From Mobula hypostoma (lineage: Eukaryota), in assembly GCF_963921235.1 (NCBI RefSeq), contig NC_086108.1:42162001-42226000 (forward strand): a stretch of 64,000 bases of DNA. The letters are read 5' to 3'. Below the pieces are notes generated by a model. The model worked only from the letters and a program-made list of their open reading frames with translations. It had not been told where the DNA came from and made no database searches. The position numbers and the translations under genes were made by a program. Each line of letters begins with the position of its first letter. Position 1 is the first letter of the stretch. Shown one piece after another: positions 1 through 12,239 of the stretch.

Positions 1-270
1 TCGATGCACTTGGCGCAGATGTAGACGTCCAGGAGGCTTGGAGACTCCAGGGCCTCCCACATCCGACACCGAGAACAGCAAACTGCCCTCACAGTCATAA
101 TGCCCCTCTCCTCAAATAGCAACAGAAAATGAATGTCAAACCTTCCTCACCTCGCCCGCTTCCGCCTAAGCCCGATGAGCCGAAGCTCTTAGGTCTTCAC
201 TCTGCTCCCGGCTCACTCCGCCGCCCGCAAACTACGCTGCCCGCTCTATGAGGCTTTGTTCCTTTGAATA
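1..270 (-). mobile_element. 5' end of a CR1-type LINE (5'UTR plus ORF1 N-terminus), continuing beyond the left edge
   Basis: Minus-strand ATG at 98 reads MTVRAVCCSRCRMWEALESPSLLDVYICAKCI, a CxxC...CxxC zinc finger typical of CR1 ORF1. Preceded by a CpG-retaining 5'UTR. Confidence 0.7.
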
Positions 271-279
271 GATGATAGA

Positions 280-1700
280 TGGAGGCAACAAAAGGCTTCA
301 GATAATACAACCTATAAGATCTAACAGAAGCTGGAGCATGGAACTAGATAAGGGAAGTGAGGTGAGCAGAAGGAAGGAGACCCATTGGAGGAGTGTGTGG
401 GTGATGGGCAGATGATGTGGATGAATAGGAACTGGGCAAAAGAGGAGAGAGTAGAGTGGGAAAATGGCCTGAATCCGGAGAATTAACGTTTATGTCCTGG
501 GTTGTAGACTACCCAGGCAGAATGAGGTGCTGTTACTCTAGTCTGTATTTAGTCTCGCCACTGTAATGTTCAAACAGTTCTGTGTGGGAATCGGGAGAGA
601 AATTAAAATGGCTAGTAACACACTCAAAATTCTGGAGGAACTCAGCAGGCCAGGGAGCATCTATGGAAAAGAGTACAGTTGACATTTCGGGCCAAGATCC
701 TTCAGCAGGACATGTGCTGTTTTCCATAGACGTTGCCTGGCCTGCTGAGATCCTCTAGAATTTTGTGTGTGTTGCTTGAATTTTAAACCTCTGCAGATTT
801 TCTCTTGTTTGAGAAATGTCAAAGAATTATGTGCCAGATATGCAGTCTGGTAGGTGGAAGGCAAGGACCAAGGGAACTGAGGGTGGGGGAGGGGGCAGAG
901 AAGAAGTCAGAGCACAAGTGCAGGAAAAGAGATGCAGATGAAGGCTCCATCAACCACAGATGTGTTGGGGGAGATGTGGAGGGAAGCCCATGTTTCTGAA
1001 AAATTAGACCTGAAGTGAAGGGTCTCAACTTGAGAATAAATGCCAAAGATACAGAGAAACAAAAAGGAATAGCTTTCTTTCAAGAGACATGCTGAGAGGT
1101 AGTGCGGGTCACTTGGTGAATCAGTGGGTTTGTATCGGTGGATACTTTGTCTCATGAGACGGAGACAGAGATCAAGAAAAGGGAGAGAAGTGTTGGAGGT
1201 GGTCCAAGCGAGGGTGGTTGATGAGAACAGAAGAATGAATCAGGGCATTGCAATGTGAGCAGCTACTACAAAGTGTTGAAAGGAGAGGAGAGGGGAAAAT
1301 GCACCCAGTGGTAAAATCCCTTTGAAGGTGACATAAACTGCAGAGAATGATCTTTGAATGCCAATGAGGTGCAAGACCAGAGCAACTCAATCTTTGTTCT
1401 GTTCCAGAGGGGAGGCGAGGGAATGAGAACAGAGGCGCAGGGAATGAATACCATGCGTTCAGGGGTTTCATTAACAATGATAGAGGAGAAGACAACTCGG
1501 GTAAAAGGAAAACATTTGCCAGGAAACTTTATTGATGCAGAATCATGGAGCAAATATGACAGTGACAGAGGAATTAGAAGAATGGAATTGAGTCCTTACA
1601 GGTGGAATAAAGAGTAGACGAGATAATTGTGGGAATGAGTAGGCTTATATTGGATGCGTAGTCAGCCTGTCTTCTGAGATGGATACTGAGATACCTAGAC
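280..1700 (-). mobile_element. Decayed Penelope-like element remnant, including an inverted terminal-repeat pair at about 618-790
   Basis: GA-rich sequence resembling the remnant at 60400-61750. Contains the terminal motif ggaggaactcagcaggcca...gcatctatggaaaa in inverted orientation. Confidence 0.5.
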
Positions 1701-2893
1701 AAACAATCTTCACTATTGCACAAATAAACACCATCTTGAAATATTTCTTATAAACTTAACATAGTACTTTTTCTTCAGGTCAACCTTTCTGCAAAAGCCT
1801 CATTCTGATAGATTTATCTCACATTTATAGTGAGCTTCAATTTCTAATTATCAATCACCTGAACAGGATTTTATCCCAAACTGAAATGAATTCTGCAGAA
1901 ACAATCTGTTCTGTCATTAATGCCAATACCTTTTGTACAATCTGACATAAATCCAACTTTTAGCCAGAACAATGAAAAATGCTATGACTGCTGATGTTAA
2001 AGGCAATCCTTTAGCATTAATAGGGTTTTGTGTGTATTTTTTTTATTCAAGTGATAATGCCAAACTTACATAATGCTTTTTCAAGTAAAGATGTTTGTGA
2101 AATTAATGACAATTTACAAATTGTGCTGATCTTCCTTCAAAATGCTCCAAAAGTTAGGCAATAGAAATGGTAAATTATATTACAGAAAATCATATATAAC
2201 AAAGACAATTATTAACCAAATGCATTATTCAAGATTCAAAACTGGAAGAAATCAAGTTTTAAATTAAAGCTTGAATGGATTATTTTAGGCATGTTTATAT
2301 AAAAAAATAAAGAAAATGAATGGGAGGGGTGCACATGCAGGTAAAAAGGCCATTTCAACCACACATCCCCCAAAAAACCTGTCAGATGTACATACACGAC
2401 TCAGTTAAAATGACTCTCCTTTTAAATTACAAAATACGCCATGATATCACTACAGAATTAACTATTATAACCAACTGCTCTAAATTTACAGCAATACCAA
2501 ATGTTTGAATGAAAACGTGCAATTTAAACCATCTGGATATTCTTCATGCATGTTTCAAGTCCATTCAAATCTACGAAAGAGATGGGAAATGTTTTTAACT
2601 CCCCAACTCTGAAACAAAGCTCCTTTAACTATACAAACACACCACTTTGGCACTTCATGCAGCGTCTGCATGACCCTGGATTTTAGAATTCAAGTGCATC
2701 ATGTGTGTAAGACATAAACTCAAGCAAATTTGTGTTCACATACATCGAAATTTCAAACAACGAATGGAAAGAAGAATCTCCTGCCCAAAGAGCCCTTTTA
2801 ATTATCATTTCAAAAATGTAATTTATGTATACAGTTGAAAATTTTGGTTAAAAAATATAATTTTATTTTGAATGAAGCCAAGATTTCTCTTAC

Positions 2894-3927
2894 CTATTGC
2901 TGAAAGGCCTCACTCGAACAGCCACAGTTACAGCACTGTCTTCTCCATTTGAACGTTCATTCACTGTGCATGGTCTTTGCAATGATACTTCTGCCTGTTG
3001 AATACTTCTTGTAAGCGTATCACTTCTGGGTGGCTTTTGGTCTCCTTTATTCCCTGAACTTAATGAATATTTTAAGTTACTCATTCCACAATCTACTTTT
3101 AGGTTTGTGGTTTGGAAATCTTTGGTCTTTGCTTTAACAGAAAAATCAGGTACATTTTTGGCTTCTGGCCGATTACCTAGCTTCATTGCTAATTTGATTC
3201 CATCACTAGTTAATGTCTTGTTCTGTTCAAAAGGCACTTTAAAGATACATTTGTCTGCTTTTTGCTTTATACCATTTTCATTAGGTTTACTAACTGCCAC
3301 CTTTTTAATAGGTGTTGTTGACCATTTGCTCAAAGTCTGTTCTTTCTTGACATTTATTGAGTTCTCCTGTTCCTTATCAACTGAGGTCTGCTTTACAAAT
3401 GTAGAAGGATAACTTCTGGTTTCTGCCACCTTATGCACTAATGAAGGCTCTGCAGAAGACCTGGAACCTATCAAATTGGTGTACTTTGATTGTAATGGGT
3501 TATTCCTTGGACACGGTGTTGAGGCTGCAGATATTTTGCCTTGTGAATTTTCTTGCAGATTGTTAGTTCTTCTTGGGTTACCCACTCTAATGCGGCGTTG
3601 CAAAGTAAGCCTCTTTACTTCTTCACCCACATCAATGTCAACATTAGTTTCATCACGAATACAGGAATTTCCTTTATCTGCAGCTTTTCTTCTCTGGAGG
3701 GTCAAACGAACTTCAGATTTAGATAGCATAGATGCTCCTGGAATTTTTGTGCTCGCAGACACTATGCATGTCCTGTTATTATCATTGCCTTTATCTAAGG
3801 AGAATGTTGACTCTCCTTGAGTGCAAGTGTCCTGCCCTTGGGCTGGAAGGTTATCAAATCTTCTGTTTCCTTTCTTCAAGATGTTGTCTGTATTTTTCTT
3901 CACTGAACTTAGCACACCAATTACCAT
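2894..3927 (-). CDS. KIF14: Kinesin family member 14, first coding exon (disordered N-terminus and start of motor domain)
   Basis: ORF ends DSAVTVAVRVRPFSN(R), the kinesin-3 motor start as in KIF14. Strong Kozak gccATGg at 3927, acceptor ttttcag ending at 3938, phase-2 donor AG|gtaaga at 2894/2893. Synteny with CAMSAP2. Confidence 0.9.
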
Positions 3928-4429
3928 GGCCTGATCTCTGAAAATGTGATATAAACAAACAATTTTCTTAGGGAAATTTGACAAAAGTTCAATTAAAAGT
4001 AAATATTCAACTTTTAACTACCCAGAGCAGAAATACCATCAGTGGATGTATGCATGCATGTTTATAAACTTCGCTAAAATATACAAAATTTCAAGGGAAT
4101 TAAAATACAATTTTTTAATATTTTCTGTAAAAGGGAACCCAAATAACACATATGGCTGGTAATGTTATACCTTTTACCGAGGTATTATATTAGCAGGCAA
4201 ATGCAGCAGTAATCCGTTCAGTATTTTATATAGATTAAAAAAGTGTGAAACATAATAATCATGAGCAATACAGTTTCAGATAAAATAAACATGAAACCTT
4301 TTTTTAAATGGTTTTCAATTTTTAAACCTTTGACACTGAGTATTCCATAAGCAAAATAGAATGGCTGTTTCATAATGTATTAGAAATCATCTCTCCTCAC
4401 TTTCACTCTGCTCTTGACCATTCATTCAT

Positions 4430-4795
4430 GTATTTATTATGTGCCACTTTATATGACATTGCCAATCATGGTTTTGGCCACAATTGCACAACTATTCTTG
4501 GCAGGTTTTTCTACAGAAGTGGTTTGCCATTGCCTTCTTCTGAGCGGTGTCTTTACAAAACGGGTGACCACAACCATTATCAATACTCTTCAGAGATTGT
4601 CTGCTTGGTGTCAATGGTCGCATAACCAGGACTTGAAATATGCACCAGTGGCTCAGCTCATAAGACCATTCACCACCTGCTCCCATGGCTTCACATGACC
4701 CAGATTGGTGGGGGTGCAACATCTTGACCCAGGTTAGCGAGGTGAAGGAGCACCTTACACCTCCTTTGGTAGAGACGTATCTCTACCCGGCCAGC
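4430..4795 (-). mobile_element. RTE-related non-autonomous SINE-like repeat (other copies at 30383-30750 + and 61940-62197 +)
   Basis: Three homologous copies in the window. This copy carries the BovB/RTE-like motif gaaggcaatggcaaaccacttctg. Confidence 0.6.
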
Positions 4796-6556
4796 CATCT
4801 TCACAATTAGAACACTTTAAATTAAAACCAATTTTCAGTCCAGATTCCAAGTTGGAACTTGTCAACTAAGCAGGTCTGCAAGAACTGAACATCACAAAAT
4901 AAACATTTCTGAAAAGAAGCTATTACAGAAAGCATAATGTTTCCTTGTTACCTTAAATCGGACCTAAAAAGTGTCACATCTTTGTGGGTTTCATCATGCC
5001 CAAGAGGTTATCCATAAGACGATAAGATATAGGAATAGAATTAAGCCATTTGGCTCATTGAAACTGCTCCACTATTTCATCATGGTAGATCAGCCCCAAT
5101 CTCATGTTTTCTCCCTGTATCCCTTCATGCCCTGACTAATCAAGAATCTATCAACCTCTGCCTTAAATATTCCCAGCGACTTGGCTTCTGCAGCAACGAA
5201 TTCCATGGATTCACCACTGTCTAGCTATAGAAATTCATCCACATCTTCTTTCTAAAAGGGCACCCCTTTATTCTGAGGCTCTTTCCTCTGGTCTAAGACG
5301 TTCCCACCATAGGAAACATCCTCACCATATCTACTCTATCAATGCCTTTCAACATTCGATAGGCTTCAATGAGATTCCCCCTCATTCTTCCGAATTCCAA
5401 TGTGTAGAGGCCCAGAGCCATCAAATGCGTTTCACATAATGCATTTCAATCCTGGAATCATTTTTGTGAACTTCCTTTGAACCCTCTTAGAAAAGGGGCC
5501 TGAAATTGCTCACAATACTCCAAGTGAGGCCTCATGAGTGTTTTAAAAAACGTCACATTACACCTTTGCTTTCATATTTTAGTCCTCTTGAAATTAATGT
5601 TATCATCGCATTTTCATTCCTCACCACCAACTCAACCTGCAAATTAACCTTTAGGGAATCCTGCACAAGAACTCCAAAGTCCCTTTGCACCTCAGATTTT
5701 TGCATTTTTTCTCCATTTAGAAAATAGTCTACCTGTTTATTTCTTCTACCAAAGTGCATGACCATACACTTCCCACCACTGCATTCTACCTCCCACTTCT
5801 TTGCCCATTATCCTAATCTAAGTCCTCTGTAGCTTCTCTACTTCCTCAATTCTGCCTGCCCCTCCACCTATCTTCCTATCATCTGCAAACTTTGCCACAA
5901 AGCCATCAATTCCATCATCCAAGTCATTGACATATAACATACAAAGAAGTGGCCCAAACACAGACACCTGTAAAACACCACTAGTCACCAGCAGGCAACC
6001 AGAAAAGGCTCCCTTTATTCCCACTCCTTGCCTCCTGCCAATCAGCCACTGCTTTATCCATGCTAGTATATTTTCTGTAATACCATGGGCTCTTAACTTG
6101 TTAAACAGCCTAATGTGTGGTACCTTGTCAAAGGCCTTCTGAAAATCCAAGTACAGAATATCCATTGATTCTCCTTTGTCTATCCTGCTTGTTATTTCTT
6201 CAAAGAATTCCAACAGATTTGTCAGGAAAGGTATTCCCTTAAGGAAACTACCCTGATTTCGGCCTATTTTATCATATGCCTCCAAGTACCCCAAAACCAC
6301 ATCCCTAACAATTGACTCCAACATCTTCCCAACTACTGAGGTTGGATTAACTGGCCTATAATTTCCTCTTCTGCCTCTCTCCCTTCTTGAAGAGTGGAGT
6401 GATATTTGCATTTTCCCATTCCTCCAGAACCATGCTAGAATCAATTGATTCTTAAAAGATCATCACTAATGCCTCCAGTGCGTCTTCAGCCACCTCCTTC
6501 AAGACCCTGGGTTGTAAACTTCTCTACCTTCAGACTTTCTGTTTCCCAAGAACCTC

Positions 6557-6977
6557 TGGGTGAGTGAACTTGGCTTTTTCTTCTTAGAGTAACGGAAGAT
6601 GAGAGGTGACCTGATAGAGGTGTATAAGATGATGAGAGGCATTGATCATGTAGACAGCCAGAGGCTCTTTCCCAGGGCTGAAATGGCTAACAGAGGGGGG
6701 CATAGTTTTAAGGTGCTTGGAAGTAGGTACGGGGGCAAGTCAGGGGTAAGTTTTTCCACACAGAGAGTGGTGGGTGTGTGAAATGCACTGCCAGTGACGG
6801 TGGTGTAGGCGGATACAATAGGGTGTTTTAAGAGACTTTTAGATAGGTACATGGACCTTAGAAAAATAGACAGCTATGCAGTAGGGTAGTTGTAGGCAGT
6901 TTCTAGAGTACGTTACACAATCAGCACAACATTGTGGGCCAAAGGGCGTGTAATGTGCTGTAGATTTCTATGTTCTA
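6557..6977 (+). mobile_element. CR1 3' fragment nested in the older CR1
   Basis: MRGDLIEVYKMMRGID ORF and ttctatgttct tail. Closely similar to 28259-28660. Confidence 0.85.
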
Positions 6978-7313
6978 ACCTTCTCCCTAAGTAATGGCAA
7001 CTTAACATACTTCTGCCCCCTGACACTCTCGAACTTCCGGCATACTGCTTGTGTTTTCCACAGTGAAGACTGATGCAAAATACTTGTTCAGCTTGTCCAC
7101 CATTTCCTTGTTCCCCATTACTACCTCTCGAGCATCAGGTTTCCAGTGATCTGATATCCACTCTCAGCTCTTTATTACACTTTATGTATCTGAAACTTTT
7201 TGTGTCCACTTTAATATTATTGGTTAGTTTACCTTTGTGTTCCATCTTTTCCTTCTTAATTACTTTTTTTGTTGCCTTCCTGTGGTTTTAAAAAATTACC
7301 AAGTCCTCTAACT

Positions 7314-8069
7314 CAGGGGTCCCCAACCTTTTTTACACCACAGACTGGTTTAATATTGATAATATTCTTACAGACCAGCCAACCCGGGGGGGGGGGGGGT
7401 TCAAGTAGGGTTGCCAACTTTCTCACTCCTAAATAAGGGACAAAAGTAGCAGTCAAATACGGGACACTTGTATTTACCCCAAGAAAGACTACCATGACCA
7501 TGAAGCCTTGTGCGGGCACCTGTGTGTGCATGTGTGACGTGCGCATGCGTGTACGCGCCAATTTGTTTTCTACTAATTGGTTTTGGCTTAATCTTCCCGA
7601 TTCTAAGTGAAACCACACTGTACATACATTATTTCTACTTTATATAGGCTGTGTATTTATCATATCATTCCTGCTTTTACTATATGTGAGTGTTATTTTA
7701 GGTTTTATGTGTTATTTAGTATGATTTGGTAAGTTATTTTTTGGGTCTGGGAACGCTCAAAAGTTTTTCCCAAATAAATTAATGGCAATTGTTTCTTCGC
7801 TTTATGCCATTTCGGCTTACGAACAGTTTCATAGGAACGCTCTACCTTAGCGGGGGAAATACGGGACAAGGGCGGTCCCGTATGGGAGAAACCAATTTAG
7901 CCCAATATACAGGATGTCCTGGCTAATACGGGACAGTTGGCAACCCTATGTTCAAGTTCAACGGTGCGTGACAGGGAATGAGGAAAGGTGTAGCTGACTC
8001 ATATCGTTTCATATTGCCAAATCATATTGTTTCCTTGCAGCCCGGTAGCACATGCTTTGGGGACCACTG
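7314..8069. mobile_element. hAT (Charlie/MER1-like) MITE
   Basis: TIRs caggggtccccaa / ttggggaccactg, with exact 8-bp TSD ctctaact at 7306-7313 and 8070-8077. Confidence 0.9.
7406..7948. mobile_element. Second hAT MITE nested inside the first
   Basis: 14-bp TIR tagggttgccaact / agttggcaacccta, 8-bp TSD ggttcaag / tgttcaag, and repeated subterminal aatacgggaca motifs. Confidence 0.85.
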
Positions 8070-9689
8070 CTCTAACTTCCCACTAATTTTTGCTCCATTA
8101 TATGTCATCTCTTTGACATTTATGTTGGTTTTGTCTTCTCTTGTTAGACACGGTTGGGTCATCTTGCCTTTAGAATACTTCTTCCTCTTAGGCATGTACA
8201 CATCCTGTGCATTCTGAATTGCTTCCAGAAATTCTAACCATTGCTGCTCTGTCATCATCCCTGCCAGTGTTCTTTTCCAGTCAATTTTGGCCAGCTCCTC
8301 TCTCATGCCTCTGTAATTCCCTTTACTCCACTGTAACACTGATACATCTGACTTTAGCTTCTCCTTCTCAAATTGTAGAGTGAATTCTATATTATGATCA
8401 GTTGCCCCAAGAATTCCTCAACTTCAAGCTCTCTAATCAATTTTGGTTCATTACAAAACACCCAATCCAGAATAACTGATCTTCCAGTGGACTCAACCAT
8501 GAGCTGCTCTAAAAAGGCCTTCTACCACAGGCATTCTAGAAATTCCCCCTCTTGGGATCCATCACCAACCTGAATTTCCCAACCTACCTGCATACTGAAG
8601 TCCCCCATAACTATCATAACATTGCCCTTTCGGCATGCATTTTTAATCTCCCATTGTAATTTGTAGACCACATCTTTACTACAGTTTGGGGGTCTGTATA
8701 CATCTCCCATCAGGTCTTTTTACCACTGCAATTCCTTAGCTCTAACAACAACGACTGCACAGCTTCTGACCCTATGGCATCTTTCTAATGATTTTATTTC
8801 TTTTTTTTTAAATCAACAGAGCCATATCACCCCCTCTGCTGGCCTCTCGTCATTTTAAAATAATGTGTATCTTTGGATGCTAAGCTCCCGACTACAATCT
8901 TCTTTCAGCCACCATTCGGTGATACCCACAACGTCATACCAAATTAGCATGCTAATTTTAAAACTAAAAACCCCATATTCTCTTCTTTACAAACAATATT
9001 CAGTTCTAGCTCTGAACCACTACCATAGCCCATCTGTCAAAACATTCATCTATGCTTTGACTAACTTAAACCTAATACTGTAACTCATACGCTCTCTTGA
9101 TCAATCCGTTATAAACTACAGGACGTTCAAAGAATCAGAATCAGGTTTAACACCACTGGCATATGTCGTGAAATTTGTTGCCTTTGCGGCAGCCGTACAT
9201 AATTTTAAAAACTGTGAATTACAATAAGTGTATACATATACAAAATAGCTCAATTCACTAGCCGTGCAGAAAAGTAGTGAGGTAGTGTTTAATGTCCATT
9301 CAGAAATCGGAAGGCAGAGGGGAAGAAGCTTTTCCTGAATCGTTGAAGTTGGTATATATTACTCAACCATTGCCCTGTTTCTTACCAACGGTATCCCTAA
9401 ACTTTAAGTCTAAAGCTCCCAATTCTTGTGTTGAAAGGCATTCATCCCCTCACCCCGCTTAACCTATGACCTTAATCCTTCGGTCGCCTGTGTATCCCTA
9501 CCTGTTCGGCCCCACCACGTACAGCGATCGGAAAAGGTGCAGATGTGGAGAGAGCGAGGTACTAGCGGGACGATTCGGGAAGTAGCACATCTGGCTCCCA
9601 ATAATCTCTCCTCTGTGTTCTTCCCCCCCCTTAACCCTTTAATTTCCGACAAACCCAACGAAAGTTTTGTTTACAGTGAAGTGAAGTGA

Positions 9690-9995
9690 GGACGGTGCGT
9701 GGCAAGGTGGGGGCCGTCGAGAATGGAGAGAGGAGGCCAGAAGCGAAGCGGACGATAAGGAAGAAAAGTCGGCCGAGCTGCGGTTGCTCGCTCGCTCTCC
9801 GGTTCACTCACCCGCCGGCGCCCGCCGCCTGCCGCCTCGCGCATTCGAATCTGGCAGTCCTGACCCCCATTGGTTGGTTCACGACCACGACGTCACGCGC
9901 GATGACGAACGGAGGTTGGGGAAGCTCCGCCCTCCGGAGGGAAAGCCGGGCGTTTCCAATGAGTTTTTAGTCCGCAGACTCGGGTCTTCAAAAGG
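9690..9995 (-). promoter_or_regulatory. KIF14: KIF14 CpG-island promoter and probable non-coding exon 1
   Basis: CpG-dense island in CpG-poor DNA. Minus-strand donor gtgagt at 9811-9806. CHR-like TTCGAA at 9844-9849 and TTTGAA (minus) at 9987-9992. CCAAT boxes at 9869-9873 and 9956-9960, CRE-like GACGTCA at 9889-9895, GC box at 9927-9932. Confidence 0.7.
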
Positions 9996-10299
9996 AAATG
10001 CCTTCTGCATTCTATGTTTGGGCACATTGGTTCCAGGAAGTTGCTGGCCAAAAAAACTTTTTATTTAAATAATCATAATCAAGCGAATGGTTTCAAATGT
10101 ACAGTAACCAGAACATAAATTTTGGATCTAAAGACACACTAAAAAATCTAAATATATTCCAATTAAACCACAGGATCATTTTAAGAATATTGTCACTTTC
10201 AAAACGATCTTATTAAAAATATCTGCATAAAGACTCAATTTGAGATAAAAGATCAACTGTAAATAAGTTCCTTTATTCTTCTGTAGTTTTCTTTTTCAG

Positions 10300-10725
10300 T
10301 TGCCTGTCAACTTTTCCATTATAAATTCCCATGTATTCAATCATACGTTAGGGAAACTGCGTAGGCATGTCTGTTGCTGTAATTCCAAGCTTCAGCTTGC
10401 GGGGGCGATGGAACAGTCCCATCTCCCAATGACCATTTACTGTAATAAATCCTTGGAACGACTGTCGTGTTAGTTTGCCCAACCAAAATGAAAACGAGAA
10501 TGTGAAGAATTTCTTATTCTGTCTTTTAATCATCCTTATAAGTGAGAATATATTTCTTAACTTAATCCTTAAGGAAAGTGTCACAGAAGGAAGCCATTGT
10601 CCTTGAGCTGGCATTTGGATGAAGATACACAATTGGTCCAATTCCCCTCTGATATGTTTTTATTTTTATCCAGTTGTCACACTTCTGGATCAAAACAACT
10701 TGCAGAATAAAAAAGAACATCCTGG
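10300..10725 (-). pseudogene. DDX59: DDX59 remnant, C-terminal helicase region and last exon
   Basis: Frameshifted blocks in order: VLF..CKL (10718-10696, cf VLVFVDCKL), IQK.VT (10690, cf VQKITG), RG.LD...MP (10650-10609, cf GRGLD...FDMP), IGR/GT.I (10430, cf IGR...NGTAI), M..I..K.DR (10332-10303, cf MDIIRKHD). Confidence 0.7.
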
Positions 10726-10794
10726 TTAGCTCTGGTATTCTATTTTGCATCTTAAATTTATCCTTTAGTTGCAAACTTTCTGTGAATTTATAAT

Positions 10795-10976
10795 AACACG
10801 CATAAAGTGCTGGGGGGACTCAGCAAGCCAGGCAGCATCTAGGAAAGAGTACAGTCGATGTTTCAGGTCGAAACCCTTCAGCAGGACTGGAGAAAAAAAG
10901 CTGAGGAGTAGATTTAAAAGGTGGAGGAGGGGAGAGGGAAACACAAGGTGATAGGTGAAATCTGGAGGGGGAAGGA
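10795..10976 (-). mobile_element. Short Penelope-derived insert with a degenerate hammerhead motif
   Basis: TSD tgaat(t/c)tataat at 10783-10794 and 10977-10988. Minus-strand core reads CTGCTGA...GAAACATC (mutated). Confidence 0.7.
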
Positions 10977-11039
10977 TGAATCTATAATGTTTGTTTTATT
11001 ACATATTGGACAGAGTTTTATTGTTTTCTTTAACATGCG

Positions 11040-11300
11040 CGCCATGGTATCATAGCAGTTAGCTCAACACTATTAAAGTTCAGGGTGTTTGAGTTCAGAG
11101 TTCAATTCCAGCATCCTCTTTCAGAAAGTTTCTTCCCATGGGCGTACGGGTTTCCTCCAAGTGCTCTGGTTTCCTCCCATAGTCCGAAGATCTAATGGTT
11201 AGTCTGGTAATTGGTCATTGTAAATTGTCCAGTGATTAGCCTTGGGTTAAAAAGGTGTGTTGTTGGGCAGTGCAGTTGGGCTGTGTATCTCTAAATAAAA
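11040..11300 (+). mobile_element. V-SINE-like tRNA-derived SINE (related copies at about 20950-21150 - and 49040-49270 -)
   Basis: Core gggtttcctccaagtgctctggtttcctcccatagtccgaaga matches the V-SINE central domain. B-box-like gttcaattcc. Confidence 0.7.
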
Positions 11301-11384
11301 TGTGGCATCAATGTCATTTTCTACCCTTGTTACCTGAATAGTGCAAGCACTGTGACAAACAATGTGTCATCATTTGATCTTGAA

Positions 11385-11570
11385 ATGTTTAAGTTTTGAG
11401 AAATTACATTCTTTTGTTCTATAAAACAATGAAAATAACCCTTATTTGCAAATGTTGCAAAGATACATCTATTTTCTGGTGAATAAATCAAGATTACGTT
11501 ACAACTTAGTGGTAACACAAGCCTGAGGAAGAATGTGCAAAGGAAGTGATCAGAACAAGATATCCAGGTT
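11385..11570 (-). pseudogene. DDX59: DDX59 remnant, middle region
   Basis: LDIL (11567-11556, cf QVLDILE) and C-NI-QI..V (11459-11443, cf LPCANVRQIILWV). Weak alone but collinear with the other blocks. Confidence 0.5.
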
Positions 11571-12239
11571 AGTTTTCAGACAAATTAATGTTCCTTTGAA
11601 TTATCTTTTCCAGCCCCTTAAATCCCTTTACTAAATTTCTGGCTCTGTGGGCATTCAGCAGAGCATTTTGTTGCACTTCTAGGCGACACACAGCATCACA
11701 ACAAAGCAATAATGTAACCACCTGGGCTTTAAACAGAAGTTATTAACTTGCTGTCAGACACTAGTACCATGATTGATTTTTCAAAGAAATAAACAATTTC
11801 TACCTCCCTGAACACAGAGTAATTTTCAAACCTAGTTACTTACCAGGGATGCGTGTTGAACTACTAGGAAATGGTGCATTCTGGTAAAGTTGATATATTA
11901 GCAGACTAGAAATACATCAAAGCTGGACATATGCTCAGGATACATGAGTTTCAGCTCTGCCACAGCAGCTTGGCAATTTAAATTTACTGAATGCTTTTAA
12001 AAAGAGAAATTTTTTGTTTAAAATGATTAAATGGTGGAACAGACTAAATGGGATGAAGGGCCTAATTCTGCTCCTATGTCTTATGGTTTTATCCCTTAAG
12101 GGGAAGCACAAAATATTGAATCATTTTTAGAAAACCTGTCTGCTTTAATTATTCCATCTAAGCAAAGAGGGATTATGCAGGTAGGAGAACTATAAAAAAA
12201 TCTTTGGCCCTCTGATTCACATTTGGGAAGCAACCAAGG

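Larger units (their letters stand above)
5014..8950 (-). mobile_element. Decayed CR1 LINE (endonuclease and RT fragments), interrupted by nested insertions
   Basis: ORF fragments VYRPPN...VMGDFS (8522-8710) and NYRPVNPTSVVGKMLE...YLDFQKAFDKVPH...FADD (5818-6444). Tail-like sequence near 5014. Confidence 0.9.

Noticed and set aside
3928..3984. Upstream extension of the KIF14 ORF given in the track
   Set aside because: It starts at a non-ATG codon and crosses a pyrimidine-rich acceptor ending at 3938. The ATG at 3927 has a strong Kozak context.
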